The position numbers and the translations under genes are program-made. From contig JBDOQK010000016.1 of NCBI GenBank assembly GCA_040437565.1, forward strand, positions 1 through 64,000: 64,000 nt of DNA, given 5' to 3'. A model generated the notes under the pieces. It worked only from the letters and a program-made list of their open reading frames with translations. It ran no database searches and was not told the DNA's origin. This DNA comes from Albugo candida. Its lineage: Eukaryota. Of this stretch, positions 22,201-36,889 are shown piece by piece (position 1 is the stretch's first letter; every line of letters starts with the position of its first letter).

Positions 22201-25200
22201 CAAAATAGGGATGCAGAGACTGAAATTCGAGATATTGATTAGGATTCTGCTCACTTGTAGTTTCTGAGCCTTGTTCCACAGCTAACGTTGACTTGACCAA
22301 ATGGCACACACATTCCTCCACAATCACACGAGATAGTAACTCCTGTGACTGAACAGGGATTTTCGCTTGTGAAGATGAGCCTGAGAGTGTGCTGGGGCTT
22401 GATTGAACTGGCTCAGAGGACTCTTGCTTTAGAATATTTAAAGTCATCCGTTGAAGTCTTCCAAGAAGGCTAACTGGCTCCCGCTTTACTCGAACCGGTC
22501 GACTTCCAGCCATTTTTGTATCGTCCATCGCCACAAATCCTTCGTTTCTGTTATGCATGTCGGAGGCCACCACGAGTTTTAGTAAATTCACAAATTGTTG
22601 AGGACCACCAGCAAGTGTTAAAATCGAAGACGGTGTCGTTCCATTTGTTAAATGCTCTAATAGTTCAACTGCCACACGTCTGGCGTAATGTGTTGTGAGA
22701 GCTTGTTCTGTTCGTGACGCTAAATCATAGATGCTGGAAACATCGGCCGCTGGTTCGTCGTAGATCCTTGTAATTCGACGCACTTTTTCCGCAGAAAACC
22801 ATTCGTCCTCATATGCTCCAGTTTCCATGCTTGTAAAGCTGATGAGAACCGATTGTGTCTCCTGAGAAATACGCCGAAAAATACCGATTTTCCCGCTTGC
22901 AGAGAGCTGTTGAATGGGTCCTATCGTATCGCTGACGGCCAGTATCATATGGGATCGCAAATATGTTGGATCCAATGGAGCGTACCCCACATATTGATGC
23001 TTTGAGTAACTTTTTGCAGATGCTCTGGCCAGAATCGGAGCTAATGTCACCGCCATGATGTTGGGATTCAGGCCATCCAAATTTCGCGCTGTGAGCGTTG
23101 GTTCTGTCTCGTTCATTTCATTAGAACTTCCCATGGTCGAGGTTGACACCAGAGGATCTGGTTGATCCGTGTCATTCAATGCAGCCCCATCTCCAATCTT
23201 CTCCGTAACGTCAATCTGAATTGGGTCACAAAGTAATTTCATTCGATCGGGTTGATCTAAGTACTTTGTCCCATGCTCCATTAACCATTCCAAAGCACGG
23301 TTGAGATCCCAGTGGTTTAGTTCCAACGCGCTATACGCCAAAACAAACGGCATTCCAGATATACTTTCAAGTTCAGCGGCTTTAGATCTCAAAGAGGCGT
23401 CTGTATCGTGATGTTCAGCCTCTAAACGCTGCTTACTGGCAAGCCGAGACTCCAGATTCGCAGCAGCTAAACGTCGAATCTGTTGTCGTTCCTGATAGAG
23501 AACAGCTTGTTCGCTCATTAGCCACTCAACTGCCATGTTTGGATCATTTCGCGAGTTTTCTAGCGCGATCATACAAAGCTCAAATTCAAATCCCATGGCT
23601 GCGAGTGTGGATGCAAATCCGAGTCTGTCACGATAAGCTTCTGTTTCCTGCGTGTCCTCACCAGATGAAGGAGATTCCATGTTCAAATTTGATGCGTCAT
23701 TTACCGTTAGGATGGGGTCATCCAAATAAATGAACATTTCTTTTCCGAGTGGCGAGGAGGCCTCAAAAAGCCGACAAAGAATCATTCGACCGCGTTCTTG
23801 TAAGAGCGGCAAAGAAATGAAACTCGTCAATCCAACTGGCGTCAGGGCGGTCTCCAAAATTGTGCTGAGCATTTTCGAAGACAAACATTTTTGTAGCTCC
23901 AATTCCACTGATCCGTGCGACTGAAGGACGGTCTCCAGGGCGAGAAGCGCTCTGGATTGAATCTGAATTCGCCACAAATCATCACTATCTCCTTGTAATT
24001 TGAGTGCTCCCAATGCTAGCTGCAAGATCACCGGAACAATTGTTGCCTTGTTGGTCTCTAGCAAACTGGAAAATGTCTTGATGGACGGAAGCTGAATTTC
24101 TTCAATAGGGCAAATGGATATCAGGCTCACCTCTTGCACATTATGTGTAGGATCCGATTCTTTTGCTGTGCTTTCGAAAACAACTCGCGCGCTTGCAAAG
24201 TTTGGATTTAGCTCGATCAATTTTGCCATCGCAGCAATTCCACTCGTGTCTGTTTTCCCAGAAGCACAAAAGTCAGCATCTCCTCCGTTATACTCAGTAC
24301 GTGAGATGCTTGAAGACTTTGAGGCGCCTGAAATGACTTCGACTTTTCCCCCTATGCGAATGCAATCAGTCTGAGATCCCAGGACGCATAACGCTCCAAC
24401 AGCTCGAGTAATAGCGGCTCGAGTTCGAAGGTCACTCAACGCAGTGTGCTTGTGTTCCAGCAGCGGGCCGACGTTTCGAATAACATTCGTGATAATAAGC
24501 ATGACCTTCTTACACCACTCAGGCTCCCAAAGTAAAATACGCAATAGTCCTACGCTTTCCAGAGCTTTTGAAAGATGAATCTGACCAGCTCGGAATCCCA
24601 ATGGACTGGAGAGCGATTCATTCAGCAGCATCTCGTCCAGTTGCATAGATGGATTGGGAATTTTAAATGCGTGTGTCGGCAAAGCCACAGCCGTACTACA
24701 AACTGATTCAGCCACTTGATCGAGAAGCATTTCCACCAGAACAGACTCGGATCCAAGCAAGTCGGCGACGTTCGAAGGTTTCACAAATCCATTTCGGCAT
24801 ACGGATCGAAGGAGATACTTGACTTGTCTCTGGCACCTTGGCGAGGCGATTTGAAGCAATTGCAGTAATTCGTAGAGTATGTTTGGTTTAGAGAGGTACG
24901 ATAAGGTCACGAATGTTGCGGTCTGAGAGACCATAAAAGTAAGTAGCTGGAAAAGTGATAGTTCCAGTTGCAGTGGCTCCAATGTCGAGTCTTCAAGCAT
25001 GCGCATTTTACAGGTATCTTTGCGTGGTTTTCTCGTCTTAGAAGATAGATTCTGTTGCTCAAGCAAGTCGGCGAGCTGAGCCGCTTGAAGGGGAGTCGAA
25101 TGAGACCGAGATGTACGTTGAGCCTTTTTAAGGCTGTCTTTTTGCTCAGCATTCAGTATCCAAGACGTCATCACCGAGAGTTCTCGTTCCAGAATTTCAA

Positions 25201-28200
25201 ACGCTTTTCGATGAAACTCGATAGAGAACCAGAGAACTCGAAGTGCAGGTTCTTGAAGATCTTGATTGCCAGCGGCTATTTTGGCGGCATCACTTGCGGC
25301 CTCTACACTTCGATTACGTTCTTCGGTGTCAGTAGCTTCCTCCCCTAGCTCACCTCCCTCCATTCTTTTGCGCACCTTTTCTTTCCGCTTACTCTTTGCG
25401 TTGTTAGCTAGAGCTTTGGCCTCTGCTTCTCTTCGATCATGTATTCCGTTGATACCGACGCTCACAAGAAAGCGGAATACAATCCACGCACACTTTCGAA
25501 TCTGTTTTTCATGAATAATAACGTCGTCGGCTGTCAAATAACTAGGGTGCGACGTGCGAGTACGAGGAGCAGGGCTCACGCTTTTACGTTTTTCAAAGTA
25601 AATAGACTCCACCACGCTGCTGGCACGAAAACGTGGACCATGCGAGCACTTCTCGGAGGCTTCTGCGGTTTCTCCCTCTACCAACATGCGATAATTGACA
25701 TCATTGACCTTCTCCTGATGGTCGCAGAGAAGATTTGTAGCCTCAAGCTCAGTCAATCGCTTGTACTTCATCCATTTTCGTATGACTCTCTGCATCTGAA
25801 TGATCCCTTGACGCACGGTAAATCTTTGCTGCAAGCTACATCCGTCGAGTTGCCCGGAAAGCACCGGAATGCTCATCTCTGACCACTGACATGAAGTTAT
25901 CTTGGCATTCAATGATTGATTTGGAGGCACTTCAAACGTCAATGGCGATGACCACGTGGAAACCTTGGCAAAGCCAACGACTCCTTCTCCTTCTGTGAGG
26001 TGCCACAGGCACACGTAAACGTTGTTTGTATACTCAGAGTTTTTTCCATAGCTTACGTCGCCAGATTCCAAGTCAGAAAGAGTGGGGACAAAAGCCTCAA
26101 AATTGTATTTAATCTCAAGTGATGACCGGTGTAATTTCCACAAGCGAATATGTGCGATAATGCCATTAAAACATCGATGAATGCCTCCTGAGTTGTCATT
26201 CGAATCGCTTATCCAGCAGCCGACTCGGAAAGCATTTAGCCTGATTACTGGGACTGCTTCTTTGTATTTATGAGCTGTAGAAGACGTCGGATTCCCGTTG
26301 ACGTAAAGCAGCACACTTGCGAATCTTCCTGAGCTCTTGGACTCTCGTTGTCCGTGGTATACGATGGCAATGTGGCTCCATTCATGCGTCTTGAAAAGAA
26401 TGTTGCTGAAGACGATTTCTCGAGGAGAGTTTCCATTGATCGATAATTGGAGACTTTGATCGATAAAATCTAAAAACACGCTTCCAGTTCCAAATACTTC
26501 ATCCGCAAAGATCGAACACGTGGCTGACAGCTCGAAAGGGTAAAGCCACGCCTCAATGGTGAAGTCGATTGTTTCTCCCAACGATGGAAGTGATACATAG
26601 TCGACTGTTGACTTGGAAGATTGCCATTGTTTCACACCGAAATGAAGCAATTTCTGACGTGATGTTTTTGCCTTAAAGCCTTGAAGCTTTCGATAAAAAT
26701 GGGCGAGATGATCAGCGTACAAAAGTGCCAAAGAAGATGCTGTGTGCCGCTGTAAGTCTTTGCTGAGTGTACTGACCTCTCTTTCATATGGATGAGGCAA
26801 TTGATGCTCCTTCCACCATCGCTTTGGACACGCAAATGTCGGAGAATGAAATAGAAGCCACAAGATATCGCGTTTGGTCACAAAGCCATTGTGAAGGATG
26901 TTTTTTTGCACAAAATATTCGGAAAAAGGAAACCACAAAAACGACCTCTGTGCATTCGCAAACATCACAGCCTTATGATCCATTTCCATGCTTGGCGGCG
27001 TAGTCATACGATTGGTCCTTCCCGCTGTTTGCACAGAGTATAAATCGCGCAGTATTTCGAGAATTCCAGATTTGAGCAAAAAGGAGTGATCTTGAGGCTC
27101 AAAATCGAGGCAAAATGCAGATATGATCATTTGTTTGAGTTGAGTATCAAGATGCTGGGCATCTCCGTGCTTTGGATGAATCATTTCTGTAAGAAAAGAA
27201 TACAAACGATGAAAGGATTTCTGACAGCGATTAAGACTGGATCGATGGCAGCCTTCCAGCCCTTTGAGATAATGATGCCTCTCGGTTGCCCGGAATGTCG
27301 TTTCGGATGGTATACCACCTTCTTTGTCGCCTTCCGTGTACGACGCAACTTCTTGAGATAAACTCCCTGAATCTCCGTATTCTTTTGCTTCCTTTTCTTC
27401 TTTGGTAAATCCACGCAAAGCCGGCCGGAAAAACATAATAGCATGAATGCGAGCGGAATCAAAAGATAGCGATTTCAACAAAGAGCACATGGCATCCATT
27501 CCAAAGACACGTGTTTCCAGCCGTCTTTGTCGACGATCCAATAATGCTCTGAGAAGCTCGGGAGGAGCACCGGTTCCATTGCGAATATACAAGTCACAAG
27601 CTCGAAGTATTGCTGCAAAAGAGCTTTTGAACACAGCACGACGATCAAGTTCATCTTCATCCATGTTTTCTTGTGTACATTCCTCGCGTTTGTTGGTAGC
27701 ATTATCCCGACGCAGTCTCCATTGATGTTGTGCGCGCAAAACACTCACAATTCCCGACCATTTTGAGCTGTCTGCCTGCTTTAATGTGCGCCAGCGCTCG
27801 AGCATTGGTTCCAAAGATGGGGGTGTTTTCTGCGCGCTCCATTTTTCTGCTAGATCACTCAACGCTAGTTGCGAGTCAATGCTAAGTCGCTCTTTGTCTT
27901 CAGATGGCGGGTCTAAATGGCAAAGGAATTCTGCTCGCTCACAAAGTTGACAAAGCAGATCATCAAAGCTTTCAGGAGGTGACAAAACTTTATCCAAACC
28001 AATCGTGCTTCTAGTCTTTCCTTTGTTCTGAATATTTGACGATACTCTTCGTNNNNNNNNNNNNNNNNNNNNNNNNNNNNNNNNNNNNNNNNNNNNNNNN
28101 NNNNNNNNNNNNNNNNNNNNNNNNNNNNNNNNNNNNNNNNNNNNNNNNNNNNTGCTGGGCATCTCCGTGCTTTGGATGAATCATTTCTGTAAGAAAAGAA

Positions 28201-31200
28201 TACAAACGATGAAAGGATTTCTGACAGCGATTAAGACTGGATCGATGGCAGCCTTCCAGCCCTTTGAGATAATGATGCCTCTCGGTTGCCCGGAATGTCG
28301 TTTCGGATGGTATACCACCTTCTTTGTCGCCTTCCGTGTACGACGCAACTTCTTGAGATAAACTCCCTGAATCTCCGTATTCTTTTGCTTCCTTTTCTTC
28401 TTTGGTAAATCCACGCAAAGCCGGCCGGAAAAACATAATAGCATGAATGCGAGCGGAATCAAAAGATAGCGATTTCAACAAAGAGCACATGGCATCCATT
28501 CCAAAGACACGTGTTTCCAGCCGTCTTTGTCGACGATCCAATAATGCTCTGAGAAGCTCGGGAGGAGCACCGGTTCCATTGCGAATATACAAGTCACAAG
28601 CTCGAAGTATTGCTGCAAAAGAGCTTTTGAACACAGCACGACGATCAAGTTCATCTTCATCCATGTTTTCTTGTGTACATTCCTCGCGTTTGTTGGTAGC
28701 ATTATCCCGACGCAGTCTCCATTGATGTTGTGCGCGCAAAACACTCACAATTCCCGACCATTTTGAGCTGTCTGCCTGCTTTAATGTGCGCCAGCGCTCG
28801 AGCATTGGTTCCAAAGATGGGGGTGTTTTCTGCGCGCTCCATTTTTCTGCTAGATCACTCAACGCTAGTTGCGAGTCAATGCTAAGTCGCTCTTTGTCTT
28901 CAGATGGCGGGTCTAAATGGCAAAGGAATTCTGCTCGCTCACAAAGTTGACAAAGCAGATCATCAAAGCTTTCAGGAGGTGACAAAACTTTATCCAAACC
29001 AATCGTGCTTCTAGTCTTTCCTTTGTTCTGAATATTTGACGATACTCTTCGTAATGACACGGGATCTTTTTCTCTGTCTCTGGAACGATACTCTTGCCTC
29101 ATTCGAATAAGCCAATGTCGAAGGCTTAACACTCGATTCCAAATAAGCGTCATATCCTTGGATGGTACAAGTTGTAATTCGTGAGCGTCGGCTTTGCTTG
29201 TTTTCGTATCATGAAAGCTGGAAATAATTGCCTGTACCTCATGTATAACGTGAGCTGGTGCATGTTTAACCAAAGCCGCACAGGTCCAACGTTCACAGTC
29301 CGGAAAATTCCCAAACCGAGAAAGGATCGAGCGATCTGGACAGCTCTGTTCTAGCCAGTCAAGAATCACCTTAATCACGCTGTCATCGTCCTGTAGCGCC
29401 AGTTCTCGCCGTGTTTTATGATCAGGCACGTCGTCCATCCCAGATGGTACCAAGGAATCACTTTGGTAATCCAATGTAAGCGTCAATACATCCACAGATG
29501 GACGACCTGAATGTACCATAGAGGGGTTCTGTTGCATTTCCATCCGAGCAATAGTTTCCCAGTCTTGAAATGATACTTTGGTATCTCGTTTGTAGATATC
29601 TTGATCGCAAATACCACCACTGAGAAGTGGAGATTGTAGCCAAGGAGCCAATTCCTCTTCGATCGAATCGGTCGGAATACCAGACACGAATGTGCTTATG
29701 ATCCGGGAGGTCACCGACGATAACGATAGCATTGTGTCCAAGATCCAGTGAAGCTGTGACGTCGATCTGCAGATTCCAGAAGGTCGTAGTTCGATTACAT
29801 CGTTCATTCCATAAAGAGATACCCCTGCATGTAAGGTGGAAGGAAGGCTTTCCGCTGATACTGCTACGGGTCCAAACGAATCATTTCCGAAAGCATTGCC
29901 CATATGCTGGCCATTATACGCAAAGCTGATGAGGTGATGATCGAAATCAATGTTGAGTGTGAGTACATCGCCTGGAAGTGTAGTGATCTTACGGCCGTAC
30001 GTAAAGCACTCCTTTGAAGCCCAGATAGCACCCGCGGATGGCATCCAGCCGATGCTAGCCTTTGTGTTGCCCAAAAAAGTATCATACGCTGCCAGTTCAC
30101 CGACCGATTCCGTCCTCCACGTAACTCCTACGCAAACATGACCTGATACAACTCCCCCTGTACGCTTGCTTTTGACTATAAAGTCCATTGAATGAATGCC
30201 ACGAAAAGCGGGAGGTTGCACTAGAGTACTTCTCCAACTCTCGACCCAATCGCTGTTTGCTTGAATAATATTTCCAGCATGGCTGACTGAAATCGATGCT
30301 GACTTTTGAAAACGATTAAAGTAGATCGAGGGCGTTCCGCTTGGGGGAATAAGTCTCGGAAGCTTCTGTAAAAGGCTTGTAGCTTGCACAAAGAAAGTCG
30401 GTACTCCGTATGCGGCTCCCGACAGATTCTGAGAACTTGGAAATGCACACGACGCGGACGCATAACAGTCACGCAGGATCCGTATGTATGAATTTTCATA
30501 CTTTTCATCCGGTGCATTCTCCTTCTTATACCATGAATCACCGCTGTTAGCGTACTCGTGTGTCGTTAGGCGATAAAGTTTGCCTTGCATCACTTTGACC
30601 GGAGTCTTTAGAGCCTCAAACACGTATCCCATGGAGTCTGCTTTCGAATGTGAAGTCACACTTGTTTTTGCGATGAGCATTTGTGATGATTCTTCCCATA
30701 AGCGAATTGAATGTGCACGCAGTAGACGCCCGCCATTTCGTGAGGTGTTTACCGAGCGGCCGAGTGCGAGAATGCAGAATGTGCTCACAGCCTCGAATTG
30801 AAACCCAATTTGGCCCTCAAAATGATCTTTATCTCCAGTGTAGAGCTGCTTAAACACATTATAATATAATCGACTCACATCCGTCGAGGACGATGCTGTA
30901 GAAGGATGGACAATTGAATGGGAGCCTCCCGGAGTAGTAGCAGGTCGTGCTATCTTTTCCGATTCGCGTAGCTCTATTGCTCTTGCTCTGGCATAATTTT
31001 CGAGCTGACGTAAGCGAGACTCGCTTTTTGTGATCACGGGAATACTAGTGCAAAAGTTGTTTAGACCACCAACAAATCTCACGAGTTTTGGAAGAATTGG
31101 TCGCGTAAACCATGTCTGACGTCGAAGAAGACACACGCAACCAATAAACCAAGGCAATAGGCTGGATAGTAGTGGAATACTATACGCGGCACGCTCTCCA

Positions 31201-34200
31201 TTACGTGCAAAGTCCATTTCCACATCAAAGAGGTTGATACGTTCAAAAGTCTCGTCCACAATCTCTCGGCAATTATCGAGAAATAACGAGCTGTATGACA
31301 ACGTCACTTCTTGGATGATTTTCTTCCTTTCAGCAGCTTCTTTCCAGCTTCCGTTCTTGATAAAATCATTTTGTCCAGATTTCTCATCATCACGTACCGA
31401 ATCAGTGGACGTGATTTGTACGGCTTCCGCGAATAAAAATACCTGAAAGGATTTCAAAACTTCAGTTGCTTTCTCTCGAATGGCACAGGCATTTGATTCT
31501 GGTTTGTCTTTGAGGATTTTTATCAGCACGATCAAAAGTTGAAGCGTATCATGATTGTGATTGCTTAAGGGCGAAAATGTGACTGGAAGGAGATTGAGTA
31601 TGCCAACGTCGCCAGGCTGAGACAGTAAATCAAGCAACAGAGCCAAAAGCGTGCCACATGGAGAATCGTTTGTGAATGGTTTCGCTTCCTGTTTTCTGAC
31701 AAGAAACAGCACCAAAGCTATAAGCTCCGAAGGAGATTGATAGAGGATCGATACGCCAGCAAAAAGGGTTCTGGTGGTCAGTTTTCGTACGCTGAATGTG
31801 GTTTCGTGGTCATTACTCGCGAAGATAACACTCTCGAATTCATTCTTCAGCTTGTCGGTAATCTCTTTTGTAATTTGCAAGTCAATTAATGCCACATTGT
31901 ACTCTCGTATCGAGGTCAGGCTATCATGTAGGAGACAAAGAACACTGCAACATCGTTCTTCAGCAAGCTTCTTCCAACCTTCCTCATTTTTTTCATTGAC
32001 AATGGAAGCACAAGTCATTTCGCGATACGATTGCTTGAATATATCAAGCAACAGCAGCAACACGCGTCCATCCGGCTGGCGACAAAATGGTTCCTCAAAA
32101 CAGCCTTCATTTATTCTCGACAAAGTGTCATCAGAACCGGATGCGATTGGGCGGATAAGAGACTGAAGCTCTTTGAGTATCAGAGTCACCGACTCATATA
32201 TTGGGTAGCCGTGCTGCAGGTAGGAGCTGGGTTCATCGTACACACTTGCGAGGTGACCGTAATCAGGTTGGACTAGCAATTCTGTTTCCTCCACACTGAC
32301 TTTCATATCTTTGCACAAAGTACACTTGAGTGCAGCACCTTTATTCATTGATCCACATTTAACGCAGTTCCAGTCACGTTTAGTATATAAACGAGCAACA
32401 ATTGCAAGGAACAATAGATTTGAGTCGGAACAGCTTGCTCTGAACTGAAGCATTTGACAATCTTTAATTTCGACGTCAAAAGTATGCGTTTCTCCCGGCT
32501 TTGACAATGAGTTGAACTGCCATAATACGTTTTCGTCTCCAAGTAACGTACAGCAAATAGAAGCTTCCTTGTGGTATTCGTCGTAGTCCTCTCCATCAAC
32601 GATGATCTGACCTTTCACTCGTAAATACTGTTTTTTCATGTCAAACAGTACAAAAGAGTCCTGCTCAGGCAATAATTGTAGTGTAAACGCTTCGTGCGAT
32701 TTCAACACCTGTTCCGTATCCGTCTGTATGCCTAGGTTGTTCTGATTCGGCTTTTTCGATTTGTCTGGAGGGCGAAATCCGTTTGAGTGATACTCGGCAA
32801 GAGTTGACAAAAGAATTGGTGCAGATTCCAAACCATGAGTCATCGAGAGATGTGTTGGAGTATCGTCCCACTTGTGCATTTCCAAGATAGAAATAACCTT
32901 GCCGGAGCCATAAAATGAGACAGCCGGGAATACCTCATGACCTAACAGATCAGTGAAGACGACACCATAATCGGCTTCATTTATTTTGTACGACATTGTT
33001 CCTTCTTTCATGTCAATACTGATCTGCACAACGTCCCCAGGATGAACTTTGCACAGTGAACGGGTCAGCTTTTGGCCTCTTGCATACAGATTTCCATTAT
33101 ATCCGCGTAACATCCAAAGATTTGGAGATGTGTCGTATCCACTAACGGTCACTGGTAGCAATGCTGCTCCAAAACAGGTCATCTCATCATCCAGAGCGTC
33201 ATTGTCAAGACGAAAACTCCAAGAAGCCTTGCAAACTGACACACCAACATTCACAGCGGCATACTGATAGCTGGTTTCTCTGGTTCGAACACTGTTCCCG
33301 CCTTGTTCGACAACAACGCCTGTAGAGCATATAGATGAATCAAATACTGCAGCAACCTTCTTGGGTGTAGTAGACCCTTTTTGAGATTCCTTGGAATGGA
33401 TATGCTTGATTTTTTGGTCGTAGCGATATATTTGTAGGTTCTGAATACACTGAAATGCCTGATCAAGCGCCAATGTATTTGCCACTGGGCTACCTTGCTT
33501 AACAGAACTCGAATGAATACATTCGAGTGCTCCAATCTCTAAAAGCATCTTCACGAAATAAATCATTGCAGCAAGTGATCCTGTCGCTAAAGCCCAAGAG
33601 CGTAATGAAGTGATTGCCTTTAGCATGATGTCCTGTCGATTGCAACTTTTAGGATCAAGTGCGCCCATAAGCCATTGGCAAACATCCACAATGCTCTTTC
33701 GAGGATCAGAAAGGTGCGAGAGATGAATGGGAGAATAAAACACCAGATTTTGAATAGCATAATCGGCAGATCGATTCGCAGGTGGTATTCCAGAGAGCAC
33801 AAGCCGAATTGCGATGCAGCCCGCAGGGAACGAAATGGGAATGACGTCATCTGCAGCACTCTTTGATTGATCTAGACTTACCGGAAACGTGACTAGTTTT
33901 GGCTGGAACTCTGCAATATTCTCGTATACATCGTTATCACTTGTTTGATATTGTATTCGGACAGTTTGTGGAACAGACGATTGATGCCAGCGGATGACGA
34001 TTCTGGAAATTCTTGCAAGCTGACCTGGCATGCCTCTTCTAAGCGTAATCGAGACTTTACCAGGTCGTATTTGTGACTGCCAATACGTATTCTCTCGATT
34101 ATCGACTGCATTCTTAATCGGATGTGCAGAAGGTGCTTCTACTGAGCAAGACGACTCAATCGTTATCCTTCGGCAATCAGAAATTCCTGCTGAGGTCGCA

Positions 34201-35360
34201 AGATCAATAGGATTTTCTGAAAGTCGGGGCTGTGGGCTCCAGTACGAAAACAAGGATAGTGTCGGAAAATATTCGAGCATTTTTGACAGCTCCTGGAAGG
34301 AGTCGATAGCTCTTGAGCCATGATAATCGAAATTGCTCAGAAGGGAAGATAAAGCATTCATGACGAGATAGTGCATATCTAAGCTGGCATCATTTCCTTG
34401 TAAAGAACTGAATTCTCTCTCACGTTTCTGAAATCGATTGCGTTTCATAAGCCTTGACGCTATCCCCGTACTATGATAAATAACTGCAAATCGTCGTTCC
34501 AGCACAAATGTGAAAAGCGGTGTTGGTAATGCGTCCAGTAGCATTTCTTCCAATGTCCGTACAGAGCTTGATTGATCCAGTACTCCAGCGCTAATCATGT
34601 TCTGATAATCTCGGACGCTTTGACGGCATTTTATGATACGATTTTTGTACATGCGGTGCTCAATTGGTAAATCGCCTAATCCTGCTGTAAGTGAGGATTC
34701 GTAACCTAAGGCTTCCTCGCCACAATGTGTCGCCTCCGCGTTGCATAGAAGTCCTCTGATGAAACAATCTTGGAGTAAATTCCGCTGCAAATTGTGCAGA
34801 TATTCCTCACTTTGTAAGTAATCATCCCAGCTTTGCATCGTCGTATATTGAAGCGGAGTATGACAAACAGCACAGCAACGCGTTTTCCCCGAATGAAGTC
34901 GGGGTGGTATTGGCATCCAGTTCTCTTCTAGAGTAGTCCAATCCACATCGGCGATATTATCCTCCAATACGTGATCATTTTCGGTTGTAGGATCAACTTC
35001 AATCGAATCCCATCGAGATCTTGTACCTGTATCATCTATCTCAGGCTGGCTAGTTCGTCTATCCGATTCTTGGCGCGGCGCTGCTTCCACGTAATCTTGT
35101 GCCAAAACCTCCTCAACCACGCTTGGTATCGGTATGGTTGAGATACTCGCGAATCGAGCTCGGCTGTTGTCATGCCATTCAAATCGTGTCTCCTCCAGGC
35201 TATTAGCTAAAGTAGTATCCATGACTACTTGTCCTGTTGACCCCCGACGTCCTTCCACAGATGGGAATTGTCCGGTCCCTACAGAGAATCGTCGTGATCT
35301 ACTGCTTGAGGATATAAGGTGGTTATTCAAAGTGTGATTTTCGTCATTATCTGTTTCCAT
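19268..35360 (-). CDS. Giant multidomain HECT E3 ubiquitin ligase (HERC1/HECTD4-like, no RCC1 repeats seen), ~5,030 aa after artefact removal
   Basis: The 2449-aa and 2964-aa ORFs join once the 900-bp duplication and 100 N are removed (16,093-1,000 = 15,093 bp = 5,031 codons). C-terminal HECT with FRGEEGVDWGGVYRE and LPVAHTCFF (catalytic Cys codon 19370-19372). Also two SPRY, two UBA, a RanBP2-type zinc finger, a LamG-like domain, an IQ-like motif and two (E/Q)S/T.HPY CUB-like modules. Confidence 0.93.
27153..29052. other. Assembly artefact: 900-bp overlap duplicated across an N gap
   Basis: 27153-28052 equals 28153-29052 (offset 1000), separated only by 100 N. Confidence 0.92.
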
Positions 35361-36087
35361 TAGAGATATACTACAAGATATTATAGCAGAATATGAGCAA
35401 ACGTGTTGATTCCGATCACTCCAAAGGTCACAAACAAAGGGATATAACGTGCCCCTATTTGCTATAATTGAGCGAATTAGGAGCCACTATACGAGAAGCT
35501 CCCTTGACTATGGAGCTGCGTTCCACTCAAATTGTGAGCGTATCTGTGCAGTTATTACTGCGCCATGTCCTTGTAGATAAACATCAAACACCAGTCTAGA
35601 TAATGTAGTGCTGAATCAATATCGTACTTGGTAGTTTTCCAGGATATATCTGCACGACCACAAATATACGAATCGACGCTCCTATTGGCCCCATTCCTGT
35701 ATATTAGTATATTCGCGCTCCTCCAACGAATAACGCAGAAAAAGCACTGAGAGAAGCGGTTTGCAAAGTTCTGGATTCGAACAAATCACTTTTTCAAAGT
35801 ACTAATGAATTAGCTTCAAGAGAATGAAAAGCACTGCTTGCATCTTCGGATACTCTATAAATATTGAATCATTCATACGATATTTATGGTTACATCTGTT
35901 CATTTCTAGATTTGCTTGAAGGTCTACGACCTCGATAAATCGTTTATGATAAGCTAGAATCAAAGGAGTTTACTTACCATTCAATCGAGCACAATATCAA
36001 TACTGGAGGGACCCAAGGCGCCTCCGATGAATGTGTAAGGAAGACGCTTAATTTCTACATGCGACCTTTATGTGAATGACAGCAGCT

Positions 36088-36889
36088 ATTCAGATTCACC
36101 AGCTTATCTGTTAGCATTCTCCTAGCAACTTTTAGCTTCTGCTGGACCAGCCGAATTAGATGACATTGCAGAGTAATTTGAAATTGGTAGAAATTAAGCT
36201 TATTGCAGCAGAAATGCCGTATGTCTTGTCCACAGATTTAAATACTTACGACGCAGCCACCAAAATGCGACAAACTTGCGGGATATTATCTGCCGAAAAA
36301 AGTGATCGAGTTGGTCCAATTGGCTATGCTTCACTCTCAGTGGTAGCCAAAACATATTTATAACCTCGTTCGTCACTAAAGCGATGCTTCAGTACGACAT
36401 CTCACAACACCCGAGTGTTCTGATGTTTGATTGCAATTNNNNNNNNNNNNNNNNNNNNNNNNNNNNNNNNNNNNNNNNNNNNNNNNNNNNNNNNNNNNNN
36501 NNNNNNNNNNNNNNNNNNNNNNNNNNNNNNNNNNNNNNATTCAGATTCACCAGCTTATCTGTTAGCATTCTCCTAGCAACTTTTAGCTTCTGCTGGACCA
36601 GCCGAATTAGATGACATTGCAGAGTAATTTGAAATTGGTAGAAATTAAGCTTATTGCAGCAGAAATGCCGTATGTCTTGTCCACAGATTTAAATACTTAC
36701 GACGCAGCCACCAAAATGCGACAAACTTGCGGGATATTATCTGCCGAAAAAAGTGATCGAGTTGGTCCAATTGGCTATGCTTCACTCTCAGTGGTAGCCA
36801 AAACATATTTATAACCTCGTTCGTCACTAAAGCGATGCTTCAGTACGACATCTCACAACACCCGAGTGTTCTGATGTTTGATTGCAATT
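36088..36889. other. Assembly artefact: 351-bp overlap duplicated across an N gap
   Basis: 36088-36438 equals 36539-36889 (offset 451). Confidence 0.9.

Noticed and set aside
28011..35360. Separate 2449-aa SPRY protein without HECT
   Set aside because: It joins the HECT ORF in frame after removal of the 1,000-bp artefact.
36160..36814. Twin 67-aa ORFs
   Set aside because: They are an artefactual duplication and have no recognisable motif.
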